Source: Octopus vulgaris (taxonomy: Eukaryota). From it: a stretch of 64,000 nucleotides of DNA. Positions 25,001 to 38,300 of the stretch are shown piece after piece. Made by a program: the position numbers and the translations under genes. The DNA is taken from the NCBI GenBank assembly GCA_951406725.2, contig OX597814.1, positions 165,664,001-165,728,000 on the forward strand, read 5' to 3'. Numbering within the stretch: position 1 is the first letter of the stretch; the number at the start of each line of letters is the position of its first letter. The notes beneath the pieces are model-generated. The model was given only the letters and a program-made list of their open reading frames with translations, was not told the DNA's origin and did not search any database.

Positions 25001-28000
25001 GCCCTGCTTTAAGCCTTTTGATTAGACTGCTATGTTCTTAAGGAAGGCATGATCATCATACATTCTCTCTCTATGACTACACCTGGGTAAAAAATTAACA
25101 TATTTCTACAATTCAAAATGTATAGAATCTAAAACATCTTGATTTGTTTCAGAATCGTATGAAAGATATCCTGGAATCTTGGCTGAAGGTTCAATCTGCC
25201 TGGTTGTACTTGGAACCAATATTTGGATCAGCAGATATCAGAGAGCAAATTCCTGTACAGGGTAAAATGTTTGAAGAAGTTGACCAAAACTGGTAAATTA
25301 TTTAGATATGTCTACTTCAAATTATATTTCTTTTTTTATTTTGTTACATTTTTGTCTATTTGAACATTTATAAAAGAAGTAACAAAGAGAATTGGAGACC
25401 CCCTTAGCAATTATAAACAAACAGTTCATGAAATAAAGATAGATTTCAAGATTTCAATAAACCTCATGTATATAGAAGGATATAAGCATATATATATTCT
25501 TATTTAATTGAGGCCTTATGGTTGAGATGATATTAATAACTTGATTTTGCATGAGCAGAGGGAAAACTCCTCTCTTTTATTCCTTTATTATGCTGCTATG
25601 TTCTTGAGAAAGGCATGAACATCACACAGTCTTATCCTGTTCAGTTATATATGCATGTAGCCTTATGCTTGTGTTAAGAGATTGACAACTTGTATTCTGT
25701 CTATGACACTATGTTGTATGTAGGACATAACTCTTAAAATGGTCAAATATACCAAGCTATAAACAAGCACCAAATTGAAAGAAAAGCTTCCTTCCTTAAG
25801 CAGCAGAAGCAGCCATTCAAGAATTTGGACCTGGAGATCTCCATTTCCAGCAACTTTGAGGTCCACCTCCCAGTGGTGTCAGGCGTCAACGAAGAGCCCT
25901 CGACTACAACAAGACGACCAAAGTTTTTTTGTTTTTTTCCAAGGTCTGGGGTCTCCCACCCCTAAGCCCTAGATCATTACCTAATCACCCATACCCGTCT
26001 TGTTGCTTAACAACAACAACAACAGCAGCAGCAGAAATATTGTTGATTTGGCAGACCTAAGTTCAATTTTATGTTGGTATCCCATCCAGCAGAGAAATCA
26101 TTGTAGAAGAGAATGGAACACAGAAAAAACTTATCTAATTATTCCTTAAAGATAGAATAGAAGCAGGAGAATTAATTGCTACTGAATGTAAAGTTAAACA
26201 CCCTGCTTTGTGGATTGTTTAGGCTTTATCTTAAGTCAGATTAGTCTAATTTGTAGATTTGCCATAACTATTAAGAAAGATTTTGATTTCTTTTTCTTTT
26301 TACATTTTATCTTATGCCTGATTATCTAAAATAATAATAATTTTACGGAGATGTACTTGCATAGCAAGTGACCTGATCTGAGATTGTGTGCTGGAACGAA
26401 AACAATTGCAGCATGGAAGGCGTTTATAAGCCATTTAAGAAAGACACAAAAACTGTTAGATTCACTTCAACATTTAAATTTAATTTGCCAAAATATTTTT
26501 GTTGCTTTGAGACCGCAACCTGTTCACTGACAAAATATTTTTGCTGTACCCATATTACGTAAAGAATATTCATGGAAGTTATCAATATATAGTATCTGAT
26601 CTATTCACAATCCACCAACACAGTATTCTGATTTTTCATTTATCTATGCTTTGACACATGTTAATTAAAGGTAAATAAGTCACCTGAGATAGTAACTCTG
26701 ATTTGAATGCTAGCTGAAACTGTTTCAACTCACAAGGTTTATTGCTCTTGGAAAATTCATTAAAACTGCAACTCTTTATTTCTTATCTCACATGAAAATA
26801 TGAAGCCTTAAAAGCCAATGAGTGAGCCTTTACAAAGCCATCGGACCTGCTACAAATACTGCCAAATCCCCTTTGAATAACTCCTACCATCTTTTAAAAA
26901 AAAGTGACACATTGAACAATGTAGTCCTACATACACCATGTATGAAATATAAGAAACAGTCACACCATTGTGTATGGGTTTATTTGATCAAGACTGACAG
27001 GAGTTAAGCAATGATACTTTCATCCACTGCTTCATACTTATAAATAACAATTATGAGCTTATTATAATAACGATGAAATTCTAGGGAAGTTAATGAGGCA
27101 ACATCTCCAGCCAATTCCTTTTAACCCTTTTCATTACCACATTTCTGTTGAAATGTACTACCTTTGCCACAATTAATTTTGAAAATATCAAAGAATTTAA
27201 TAAGATCACTTTGCCAATATTAAGCTGGTGGGTAGAGCATACATAAACATAACATTTTGATGGAATGTTTTAATTTAAATCACTTCAAAACAAGAAGTTT
27301 GTATCACAGAGCTACAGGTAGTCTCAGGCAGGTTGGTATCAAGAGTTAATACACTGTGACAAAGTCATTGAAGACTAGTTTTGAAAATAAGTCCTTTTAA
27401 ATGTTTTATCTGTTCATTGAATATTATTCTTATTAAAACACAATTTTTGTTTTAAATAATTGATTGTCTGTGTTCCATCTAGATGTAATTAACATTTTTT
27501 CTTTAGGAAACAGATCATGTCAACTGCTAAGCAGAGTCACAAGGCTCTAACTGTTGCTTCCCAGGACCAGATGCTTGAAAAGCTACAATATTCAGTGGTA
27601 AATACGCTCTTCAACATTATTATAGTGGCTGTCGTTGGCTGTTCAAGTGCATGTTATTAACTGGAAAAACAGCTAGTATGGATCACAATAAAACATTTTT
27701 GTGTATAAATATATTGTTTATTCTGTGTTCACCTTTTGTAGAGGAACCATGTAGTATGATACAAAAACATGTGTTTACATACAAAGGAAGTTTTGATTTT
27801 TGCTTTTGCACTGAAAGAAGTATCATATATTTGTACTACAGCACGTTTTCATGTGTGTAATGAGAACAGTCATTTTGAGAATGTGTGTGTGATAAAATAT
27901 CTTCATTTATGAACCATATATCTTGTGAGTCACACGTGGGAGACTTGCATGTGGAGCTACAGAGAAGATATATGTCTTTGACTGAAAGCTGACAGGAACT

Positions 28001-29348
28001 GGAGAGCTTCTACTGTGTGGCTTGGAATGAGGTTTGTCTATCAGAATGAGGCTACTGTATCAAAGCGAGGCTAATATATCAAAGCAAGACTAGACGCCTT
28101 GTCGATATATTCATCTGCTGTGCAGGTTGACTCACGTACTACTATGTAATATGTAGCTCTGCTACATTACAATTCATTTAGGGAAATTTATAATTTAGAA
28201 AAGTCTGAACCTATCAGTTTATAGACTTCACTAATTGTTTTTATTTTAGCACATAAGTCAAAATACTAAGCAGTATTTCTTCTGGCTCTTCACATTCAAA
28301 GATCAGATCTCACCAACTTTATTTGTCATCCTTTCAGGATCAATAAAATACAGTACCAGTCAAGTACTAGGGTTTATGTAATCAACTTGCCTCCTCCCCT
28401 CAAAATTACTAGCCTTGTCCCAAAATTAGAAAGAATTATTATTATTTTTGCTTGCAACAGACATAATCAATTTTTTTGAATTTTTAATTAATTTGTTTTG
28501 ATTCTCAAAAACATTCCATAAAAATCATTTGAAAACTTTGTTTCTTTTCAAATTTAAGAGCCTGGAATTTTTGGAAACAGTTACCTTCAATATAGTTTTG
28601 TGTCATATATTTTGACTTTTCCTTTTTTCTGCTGGTATAATCTGATTGTTAATTCAGACAGCTTGTTTTTGGCAGTGATGGTGATGGTAGTGGTGATAAT
28701 AATGATGACAATGACAATCAAAATCAGAAGGAGGATAGAGGTGGTGGCAATAAGAATGAGGATGATGAAACAATAAAAGGGATTATAGTTATAAAAAGGA
28801 GATGACAATAATGAGGAGAAAATAGGGAGAGATGAGGCAACTGAAATGGAAGAGACAATAATGGAAACAGAGATGATAATAGTTTTTATAATATTGGTGA
28901 TGGTTGCAATCATGACACATGATGTAAAACTAGTAACTTGTTCACCATTTACAAAATGTTTCACTAGGACATATTTTCTCAAAAACCTTATGCCGTGTCA
29001 CTGTATATGTTCACATCAAAATCAAAGCAATTTCTTTTGGCACACAAAAAAGTACTACCATTAAGTATGGCAAATCAACTGATTGTGTCTCTAAAAAGTC
29101 CCTTCACAAAATTTTCTGAGCTGCTGAAAATATTACTCTTTTACCTGTTTCAGTCATTTGACCACGGCCATGATGGAGCCCTGCCTTTAGTCGAGCAAAT
29201 CAACCACAGGACTTATTCTTTGTAAGCCTGGTACTTATTCTATCAGTCTCTTTTGCTGAACTGCTAAGTTACGGGGACGTAAACACACCAGCATCAGTTG
29301 TCAAGCGATGTTGGGGGGACAAAAACAGACGCTCAAACATATACACAC

Positions 29349-29385
<37 letters not shown>

Positions 29386-32300
29386 CAACAGGCTTCTTTC
29401 AGTTTCTGTCTACCAAATCCACTCACAAGGTTTTGGTCGGCCTGAGGCAATAGTAGAAGACACTTGCCCAAGGTGCCATGCACTTGGTAAGCAAGCTACT
29501 TACAACACAGCCACTCCTACGCCTACATTAGCTTAATCTCCCTCAAATCCCATTTTAATGTCTTAAAAAAAAGGCATTGGATAATGTCCTCCTATTTACA
29601 CAGGCACATGGCTTAGCGGTTAGGGTATTCAGCTCATGATAGTAAGGTTGTGAGTTCAATTCCCAGTGGCATGCTGTGTCCTTAAGCATGTTGTATCCTT
29701 TATTTAATATTGCTCTAGCTCACTCAACTAGCAAAAGAATATGGTGCCTGTATTTCAAAGGGCCGACCTTATCACAGTTTGTTTCATACTGAATCTTCCT
29801 GAGAACCACATTAAGGGTATATGTGTCTGTGTGCTCAACCACTTGCACATTATTTTTTGAAATAATGTGTTATGGTAACTAGATCAACTGGAACCCTTAT
29901 CAAAACTGACCGATTGCCAGTATTTACACAATATTTGAAACAAAACAAAAAAGACGAATAAGTTGTTCACAGTTGAAATATTTTTTGACATAGGACTGTT
30001 TGATCAGTTAGCCAACACCTAAACAGCAACAAAAGTGGAGGCACAATGATCCAGTGGTTAGGGCAATGGACTCACGGTTGTAAGAACGCAGTTTTGATCA
30101 CCAGACTAGGCATTGTGAATGTTTAACTGAGCAAAAACATCTAAGCTCCACGAGGCTCCGGTGGGGGTGAACCCTAGTGTACTCTTTCACCACAACTTTC
30201 TCTCTCTTTCTTCCTACTTCTTCCACAAAGCAGAAGAACCATGGTGTAACCCACTATGGTGTGGTAAATTTTCAGACCCTAGTCTAGATTGCAAATCCTC
30301 TGTACCCCAGGATGGTTCAGCTCTCCACCCATTAAAAGCTACCGTTTACAGAATGAGGATAACAACGTAGCTTTTGCACCTGTGCAACCGCCAGTCTATC
30401 ATTTGTGGTGGGTGGATCTTCAAGTTGCCACACACATTCTTAATAGCTTAGAGTAGGCTTGAATTAGAGATTATTCTTTGTGGCTAATGGTGTGAGTCCT
30501 GATTGGAAGAAGAAGAACAACAACAACAATACTTTCTTTATTTTTTTCCCCCAGACTTTACTAGAAGACATACAGTGTGGACTAAATGATTATCTGGAGA
30601 AAAAGAGACTATTTTTCCCAAGGTAAGTAGTAATGCTTTATTTACGCTCTCAGAATGGGGTAAATAATATATAACAAAATAAAGTATAATGACTAACTAA
30701 GGTTAATTGGAGTGTGAGACCAGGAAAACAGTATCTTGGATGAGATATGCAGAATAAAAAACAAAATGTTTACAAAAATTCTGTAGAAGTTGAATTAAAT
30801 ATAGACCACATCTTAAAATAAAGCCATTTGATTGACAGGTCAGTGAAATGAATAAGTTAGCAGTTAGTTCTAACTGATCCAGGACTGATGTCAGCAAATC
30901 ATTCTCTAACCATGTCTGGTCAGAACCTTTCTGCTACAGTCACAATCGAAGCCCACAAAAATAAGAGAATCACTGATGTTTTACCATCATCATCATCCTC
31001 ATATGTCCATTTTCCATGCTGACATGAGTTGGATAGTCCAACAGGAACTGGCAAACTAGAGGTCTGTATCAAGCTCCAATGTCTGCTTAAGCATGGTTTC
31101 TGTAGCTGGATGCCCTTCATAATGCCAACCACTTGCAAAGTATACTGGGTGCTTCTTATGTAGTACTGGCACTAGTGAAATTACCATGTAGGTAGCAAGA
31201 CAAGACCCCTTGACTGAGGTGATTATGTTATAACAAATGATTCTTACTGCAACCAACACAATAGCCAACAAATATGTCACTGTGTGGTTGTTTGATATGC
31301 TAAAAATAGCAACCAAATCTCTCTTTAGATTACATCCTACAACCTTAGATAAAGAAAGGAAATATTAGATAGCTTAACAACATATAATCTACTTGTTTCT
31401 TGCTCCTCATATATTAAACTTCATATAAATTTTCAGTGGTGCCAGAGTTCCCTGATCGAATATGTTTTAGAACACATTACACCTACAAAGTATTTTTTTA
31501 TCTTGTAATCAAGGAGTAAGGCAGTGCTCACTACCCATTGAAGAAACTTTGAAACTAGTGGGAAGAAAGTATCCTCAAAACAAAGATTTGACCTGAATGC
31601 TTGCAACAGAGTGGACTCTGCTAAAAGCACCCAAAGACTAGGTGGTCACATTTAACCAGGTGATAGATTAAGTCTACCAATCAAGAGACATTTATTATTC
31701 AAATAGTGTTTCTCATATGTTAATATTTTTTAATAAATTTAAAGGCGGTGAACTGGCAGAATTGTTAGCAATGTAAAGCTGTGAGCTGGCAGAAATGTTA
31801 GCCTGCCGGGCGAATTGCTTAGTGGTATTTCGTCTGCCGTTACGTTCTGAGTTCAAATTCCGCCGAGGTCAACTTTGCCTTTCACCCTTTCCGGGTCGAT
31901 TAAATAAGTACCAGTTACGCTCTGGGGTCGATATAATCGACTTAATTCATTTGTCTGTCCTTGTTTGTCCCCTCTGTGTGTAGCCCCTTGTGGGCAGTAA
32001 AGATAAAAGAATTGTTAGCATGCAGGGCAAAATACTTAGTGGCATTTCGTCCATCCTTACATTCTGAGTTCAGATGCTGCTGTGATCAACTTTGCCTTTC
32101 ATCCTTTTGGGGGTTGATAGGATAAGTACCAGCTGAACACTGGGGTCAATGTAATGGAATTACACCTTCTCCCAAGATTGCTGGCCTTGTGCCAAAATTT
32201 GAAACAAATATTTTTTTAATGAATTGCATAATTTGGTTTCAGATTCTTCTTCTTATCTAATGATGAACTTCTCGAAATTCTCTCTGAAACGAAAGACCCT

Positions 32301-35300
32301 TTACGTGTGCAGCCTCATTTGAAGAAATGTTTCGAAAGCATTGCCCAGTTGGTTTTCACTCCTGAAAAAGTTATTGTAGCCATGGAATCATCTGAAAAGG
32401 AAAGGGTGAATTTCTGTACCAATATTGTCCCATCAGAAGCACATGGGCTTGTTGAAAAATGGCTTCAACAAGTAAGTTAAATAACAATAACAGTGATAAT
32501 TGGTTACATTGTCAGTTAAAAATTTACCTCAATGTATACATTTATTATTGGGTTAGGTTTGTTCAAATAATAATATAGCTTCATCATCATCATTATCATC
32601 ATTAAACAATCATTTTCCATACTGGCATGAGTTGGATGTCTTGACAGAAGCTAGCGAGCCAAAGGATTGTACCAAGCTCCAATGTCTATTTTGGCATAGT
32701 TTCTATGGCTGGATTCCCTTCCTAACACCAACCACTTTACAGTGTAATGATTATATTTAAGTGGTGCTGGCACTAGTGAGGACACCAAGTAACTTACAAG
32801 ACAAGACCCCTCTTCTGAGGTGTGGGTACTGCTGAGGGAAGCAGCTTTATGCTAGGTGATGAGAGGTTAAAATATGATACAGGGATGAGAACAGCAGTTT
32901 TGCAAAGAAGATATAGATGGCGGCAAGCTGGCAGAAACATTAGCACACCGGGCGAAATGCTTAGCAGTATTTTGTCTGCCGCTACGTTCTGAATTCAAAT
33001 TCCGCAGAGGTCGACTTTGCCATTCATCCTTTCAAGGTTGATAAATTAAGTACCAGTTGCGTACTGGGGTCAATGTAATCGACTTAATTCCTTTGTCTGT
33101 CCTTGTTTGTCCCCTCTATGTTTAGCCCCTTGTGGGAAATAAAGAAATAAGAAGATATATGTGGCTGTCTCAGTTGGAAAATTAGGGATTGAATCAAAGA
33201 TGTGTCAGGATGTACCTTCAAGTTACAGGGCAAATATAAGAAAAGTGGTCAAGAGGATTGGTCAAGGTGAATGGATAGGTAAGTTTACAAGAGTGTGAAA
33301 GGAGAGTGGCAGATGGATAGAAATGAGGACAGAAGTGAATGCAGTGAATGGTGAGCACAGGTGGAGGCATGATCAATGGGGAAACATTAAATATATAGGA
33401 AATAAGGAGAATTAAAGTTTATTACCAACTGGAAATTGGATAGTCCTCATCTGGTGCTATTTAGCTCTCATCAATACAACATCAGTGATTGGAATCCAGT
33501 ACATAGATTTAATCACTGTTGTTTGAAGAATAAGTCATCTTTGATCTGTTTTCCATAAACTTCAGGTAGAGCATGCAATGAAACTAAGTCTGAGACAAGA
33601 AATGGTTAAAGCTGTGGAGAGTTATAGTCATAATCATCGAAACAAATGGGTTTTAATGTGGCCTGGACAGATTGTGCTGGCAGCCAGCCAGGTACATTGG
33701 ACAGCTGAAATTACAAAGGTTGGTAGAAATGATATTTCTATATTTTGAAATAAGTTAAGAAAAGACATTGGAAATTATTTTTATAATTAACTCCATCTAT
33801 TATTAAGTAATCTCCAATCTTCCTTGGGTTTCATATTTCAAATGTATACACAAGCTTATTTTAAATACATATGACTTCCTTGTTTGAATACCTACAACTT
33901 TATGTTATGAATGTAAACAGCTTCATATTTTGAATACATACAACTTCTTCAAAAATTACAAGGACTTGTATCCCTGTATTAAATGGTTATTTACCATTTT
34001 CCTTTAGGATGTTCTTTGAAATATTGTAAAAACTACAATTTAGGTTCAAATAAGTAATATCTTATCATCCACTGAGTCATTGGTGTACCACTGAATACTT
34101 CAACTTCAAAACGCTAATGAGATCATCTCTACATTATCACCTAACCTGTTAAAAATAGAAGCTAAATCTTTCCCAAATAGCATACTACCATCTTCAATAA
34201 ACAGAGAAACATTATACTATTTTTCTTTGTTTATTTAATGTAGAAGTGTTGACTGGAGAGAGATTTAGCTGTATTACCTTAATAAAACATAATGGAATGG
34301 TCACAGAAGGAGCATCTTTGATCATTGGTCTGCTCAACCTACAGTTGTTGCTTAACCTAGGGTTAAACAATAACTTAGTATAATCCAGTTGCAGAATACA
34401 ACACTGGAATCTTTAACTAATACTCCATCAAATCAGTCACCACGTATAATTCAAATAATCTTTACTCTATGAGATTGGTGAAATGAATAAAAGCAGTGAA
34501 ATTTGTGGTTAGATATAGCATGATTTGTTTCGTTTTAATAAAATTAATTTGGATACATTTTTCTTTTTATCCATTGTAGGCCATCGAAAAGGGGTCAATC
34601 CAGCAATATGTGGAGGAAAGGCAGCATCAGATTGAAGAAATTGTGGAAATTGTTCGTGGTAATATTTCAAAAATGGCCAGAATCACTCTTGGAGCTCTCA
34701 TTGTCATTGATGTTCATGGTAAGAGATAGAAGTTCAGTTACTCTTCATGTTGTCCATATTTAGTTGGAAAAATGTTGCACACAAGAACATTGATTTTTCC
34801 CATTAAACTTGATCATTGTTGCAATTGGTGTTGTTGTTGTTGGTAAACCCTGATTGAAAAGATTTATGATCAAAGCATTTACACCATGACCATCCTTTCA
34901 TAAGTTATCCAAAACAGTCTTTAGCCTGAAAGTCCTACAAAACAAACCAGCTAGTTCATCCTCATCAATGTGTAAGGTTTTTTCCAAGCACATCATTGCA
35001 CTTATCAACAGTTGGTTCCCTATATATTGCTAAAGTGGAACTTTCACCAACTGCATTGCCCTGTTTGTAGAGGGTTACGAACACCTGATGACTTTCTAGA
35101 TGCCAGGCACCCTGACTGGTGTGTAGTGGTAGTAGCAGCATCCACTGTCTTCCCCCTCATTGTTTACATTTCAGGGAATTGTTGTTGCTGTTGCTTCTGC
35201 AACTGCCTATTGCTACTCTTCTACTTTTCCTGTTCCCTTGTTAAGCAGCAGGGCCTTTATATGGTTTATACTCCCATATATTTTTCAAACTCCACCTGTC

Positions 35301-38300
35301 TAACACCCGTGGACATATTTACAAAATCAGAAAACAGCACAGCTCCCTTGACTTTCAGAAACATTTTTTCACGCTGAGAGTTGCTGAAGCATGGAACAAA
35401 CTGCCGGTATCAGTTGTTAGTTGTCGGAGCACTGCATCCTTCAAAACTTCCATGCTTCCTGAGATTCGCCAACACTACACCTGATTTTCTCCCCTCCATA
35501 CACACGCAAGCATGTATCTGACTCATACACTGTTCGCTTTCCAGACATTTGTACATTACTCCATATGCTTTATATGCACTTTTGACAAGTTGTGGTGCAC
35601 CTGAGCACTATATACAATAATTTCATCATTATATATATGTGTGGCAAGTGGAATTCTCACCTGCATCATTAGTCTGATTGACCTCCTTTCCATTCCCACA
35701 ATGGATTAAAATTCTGAGATAGTCTTATGCATCTAAAGATACACAGACTCTAAGACTACATGTTGTTAAGTGTCACCTCTGTGCTCCCCACCTACCCATA
35801 CTGTACCACAAAGGTGACAACAAACTAAGGGCCCACATCAACACAAATATCTCTGGCTGTGAGCCTTTTATTCCTCTTGTTTCTATATTCTCTTGTCTTT
35901 ATCATTTCTTCATTTCTCTTACTTTTTCCCAATTAGCTCGAGATATTGAGTCCCAGTTAATCCGTTCTCAAGTAAGTAATGTACAAGACTTTAACTGGAT
36001 TAGCCATTTGCGGTACTACTTTGAAGACCAGTCTGTAATAGTCCGAATGGTGACCACCTCAGTTGCATATGCCTATGAATATCTGGGGAATTCAAGCCGT
36101 CTCGTAATCACACCACTTACAGACAGGTGTTACAGGTGAGCAACAATTTATGGATTTATATTACATCTAATTTGTTTCACTGTTATTGTTATTGTTGCTT
36201 TTGTTGTCATCCCTCATAGTGTGATTGGGGAACAATATTTCTGAACTGTAGTGATTATGGTTAGCTGGTCTGTGGCATTACACAGCAGCATGTTTCTGTG
36301 TATTATTTCATTTGTGAAGTCCAGTGTGCAAAGTTAATATAATTAGCTTTAATGATTAATTCTGATCATAAAGGCAGGTGGACAATTATGAGATTTTATA
36401 TTAATTAAAATCAGTTAAAAATTTCTTGGGAACGCAGTACTTGAATGTGGATTTGATAAAATATGTATTAAAAAACTGTGCATTGATATTGATGAAATTT
36501 ATTCTTAAAGTAAAACTTTCATTGATGTAATTGTATTAATAATGTACACAAACATTTGGTATATGCATCATTTTGTGCTTATTGTGTATTAGTCAATTCT
36601 TTTTAACTTTTGACATTTTTTAGAACCCTTATGTGTGCCATCAGATTAAATTTGGGTGGAGCACCTGAAGGACCTGCTGGAACGGGGAAAACAGAAACAT
36701 CAAAAGATTTAGCAAAAGCAGTTGCAAAACAGGTAGGACAACTAATAGGATATATTCAGGGGTTTAGATATCAAATGGCGCAATGAAAATTATCTCAGTA
36801 GTAAATGTGAAGGCGCATGGCTCAGTGGGTAGAGCGTCGAGCTTACGATCATGAGGTTGTCAGCTCGAATCCCGGACCAGGCTGCGTGTTGAGTTCTTGA
36901 GCAAGACACTTTATTTCATGTTGCTCCAATTTACTCAGCTGTAGAAATAAGTTGCCACATCACAGGTGCCAAGCTGTATTGGCCATAGCCTTTCCTTTGG
37001 ATAACACTGGTGACGTGGAGAGGAGAGGCCGGTATGCATGGGCGACTGCTGGTCTTTCATAAAACAACCTTGCCTGGACTTGTGCCTGGGAGGGTAACTT
37101 TCTAGGTCTGTGTCGTGACCGAAGGGGGTCTCAAGTAAATGTTATCAAAATAAAACAAAACAAAGAAACAATAAATAGCATGGATTACAGCATACTGGAC
37201 ATGTATATGGATGAGTCAACAGGGTGAGATGAATAATCAGATGGAAGACTAGAAATTTGGACCCTGTCACACACAATTCATGTAGCCCTAAGTGGGCACC
37301 ATATATTGTTATAGTTCACTACTGTAAATAGTTGTGTATTTTTCTAAACTCACAATATTGAGTTCAACTCATCCTGAGAGTTTAATGAATGTCATAGGAA
37401 ATTATTCCAGTTTTAGCCTTGAAACTCAACATAGAAATTAGATTTACAAGTGTGCTTCTGTTTTCTGTTTTCAAGAAAATGTAACATACTGTATTAGGCA
37501 CCCATACACATAATTTAAATCGTGGGCTGAGTGGAAACCAAACTGTTTTGAAATTTGGTAAGATACAATCTAAAAACAATATAATTGCCTTTATATTTGA
37601 TAATGTTTAACAAACTTCATCAATGAGCAAAGCTTTCTGATTTTATGGTGCAGAAACACAGAAACTGAAAAATGACTTAACAAGCATCTAAGAACAACTT
37701 TACATGCTCATGAATTATATTATATTTGAAGTAATCTGATCATTAAAGATCATTAAACAATGAAGGGAAATTTGAAAACAAACAAAACTATTTGATATTC
37801 TATCATTTTACAAAGTGACCCTCATGAAAACCTATCGTATGTCTGCTATCCAGATACTGTTTTGACATAGTTGAAACTCTGAGCTATCAAATTTGCTACA
37901 TTACATACTATGATTGATAGTCAAAACATCAAATTGTTGCACATGTTCTGTCATTTAATCAGTGTCATTTTATCAATCCTGACTAGATGAAAAGTTACAC
38001 TTACCTTCATCATCCAAAGTAAACAAAATCCCAAAACCATTTTTAGTTATCAGCTCAGGTAGGGGGCCCCAAAAGGGGTTTCAGGGAGTAGCATCCCTGC
38101 CTTCTTGAGCTAGTTTTTCACCACATATCTTAAAAGCCATTGTAGAGGCCTTGGTCTCAGGACCACTCATGTCTAGAAACTGAGGTTGGGGGTAAGCAAG
38201 GGCATGCTTCCTGAAAATCCAGCTCCAAAAAAGCCTCATGATAGCAAAGGAGAATGGGCACCAGCCAGCCCAAAGGTTGAGGTGGACTGCATCTGCATAC

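Noticed and set aside
36809-36880. tRNA-like sequence with A and B boxes (also 29600, 30036)
   Set aside because: No complete cloverleaf; continues into a SINE body, with a TSD at the 36809 copy
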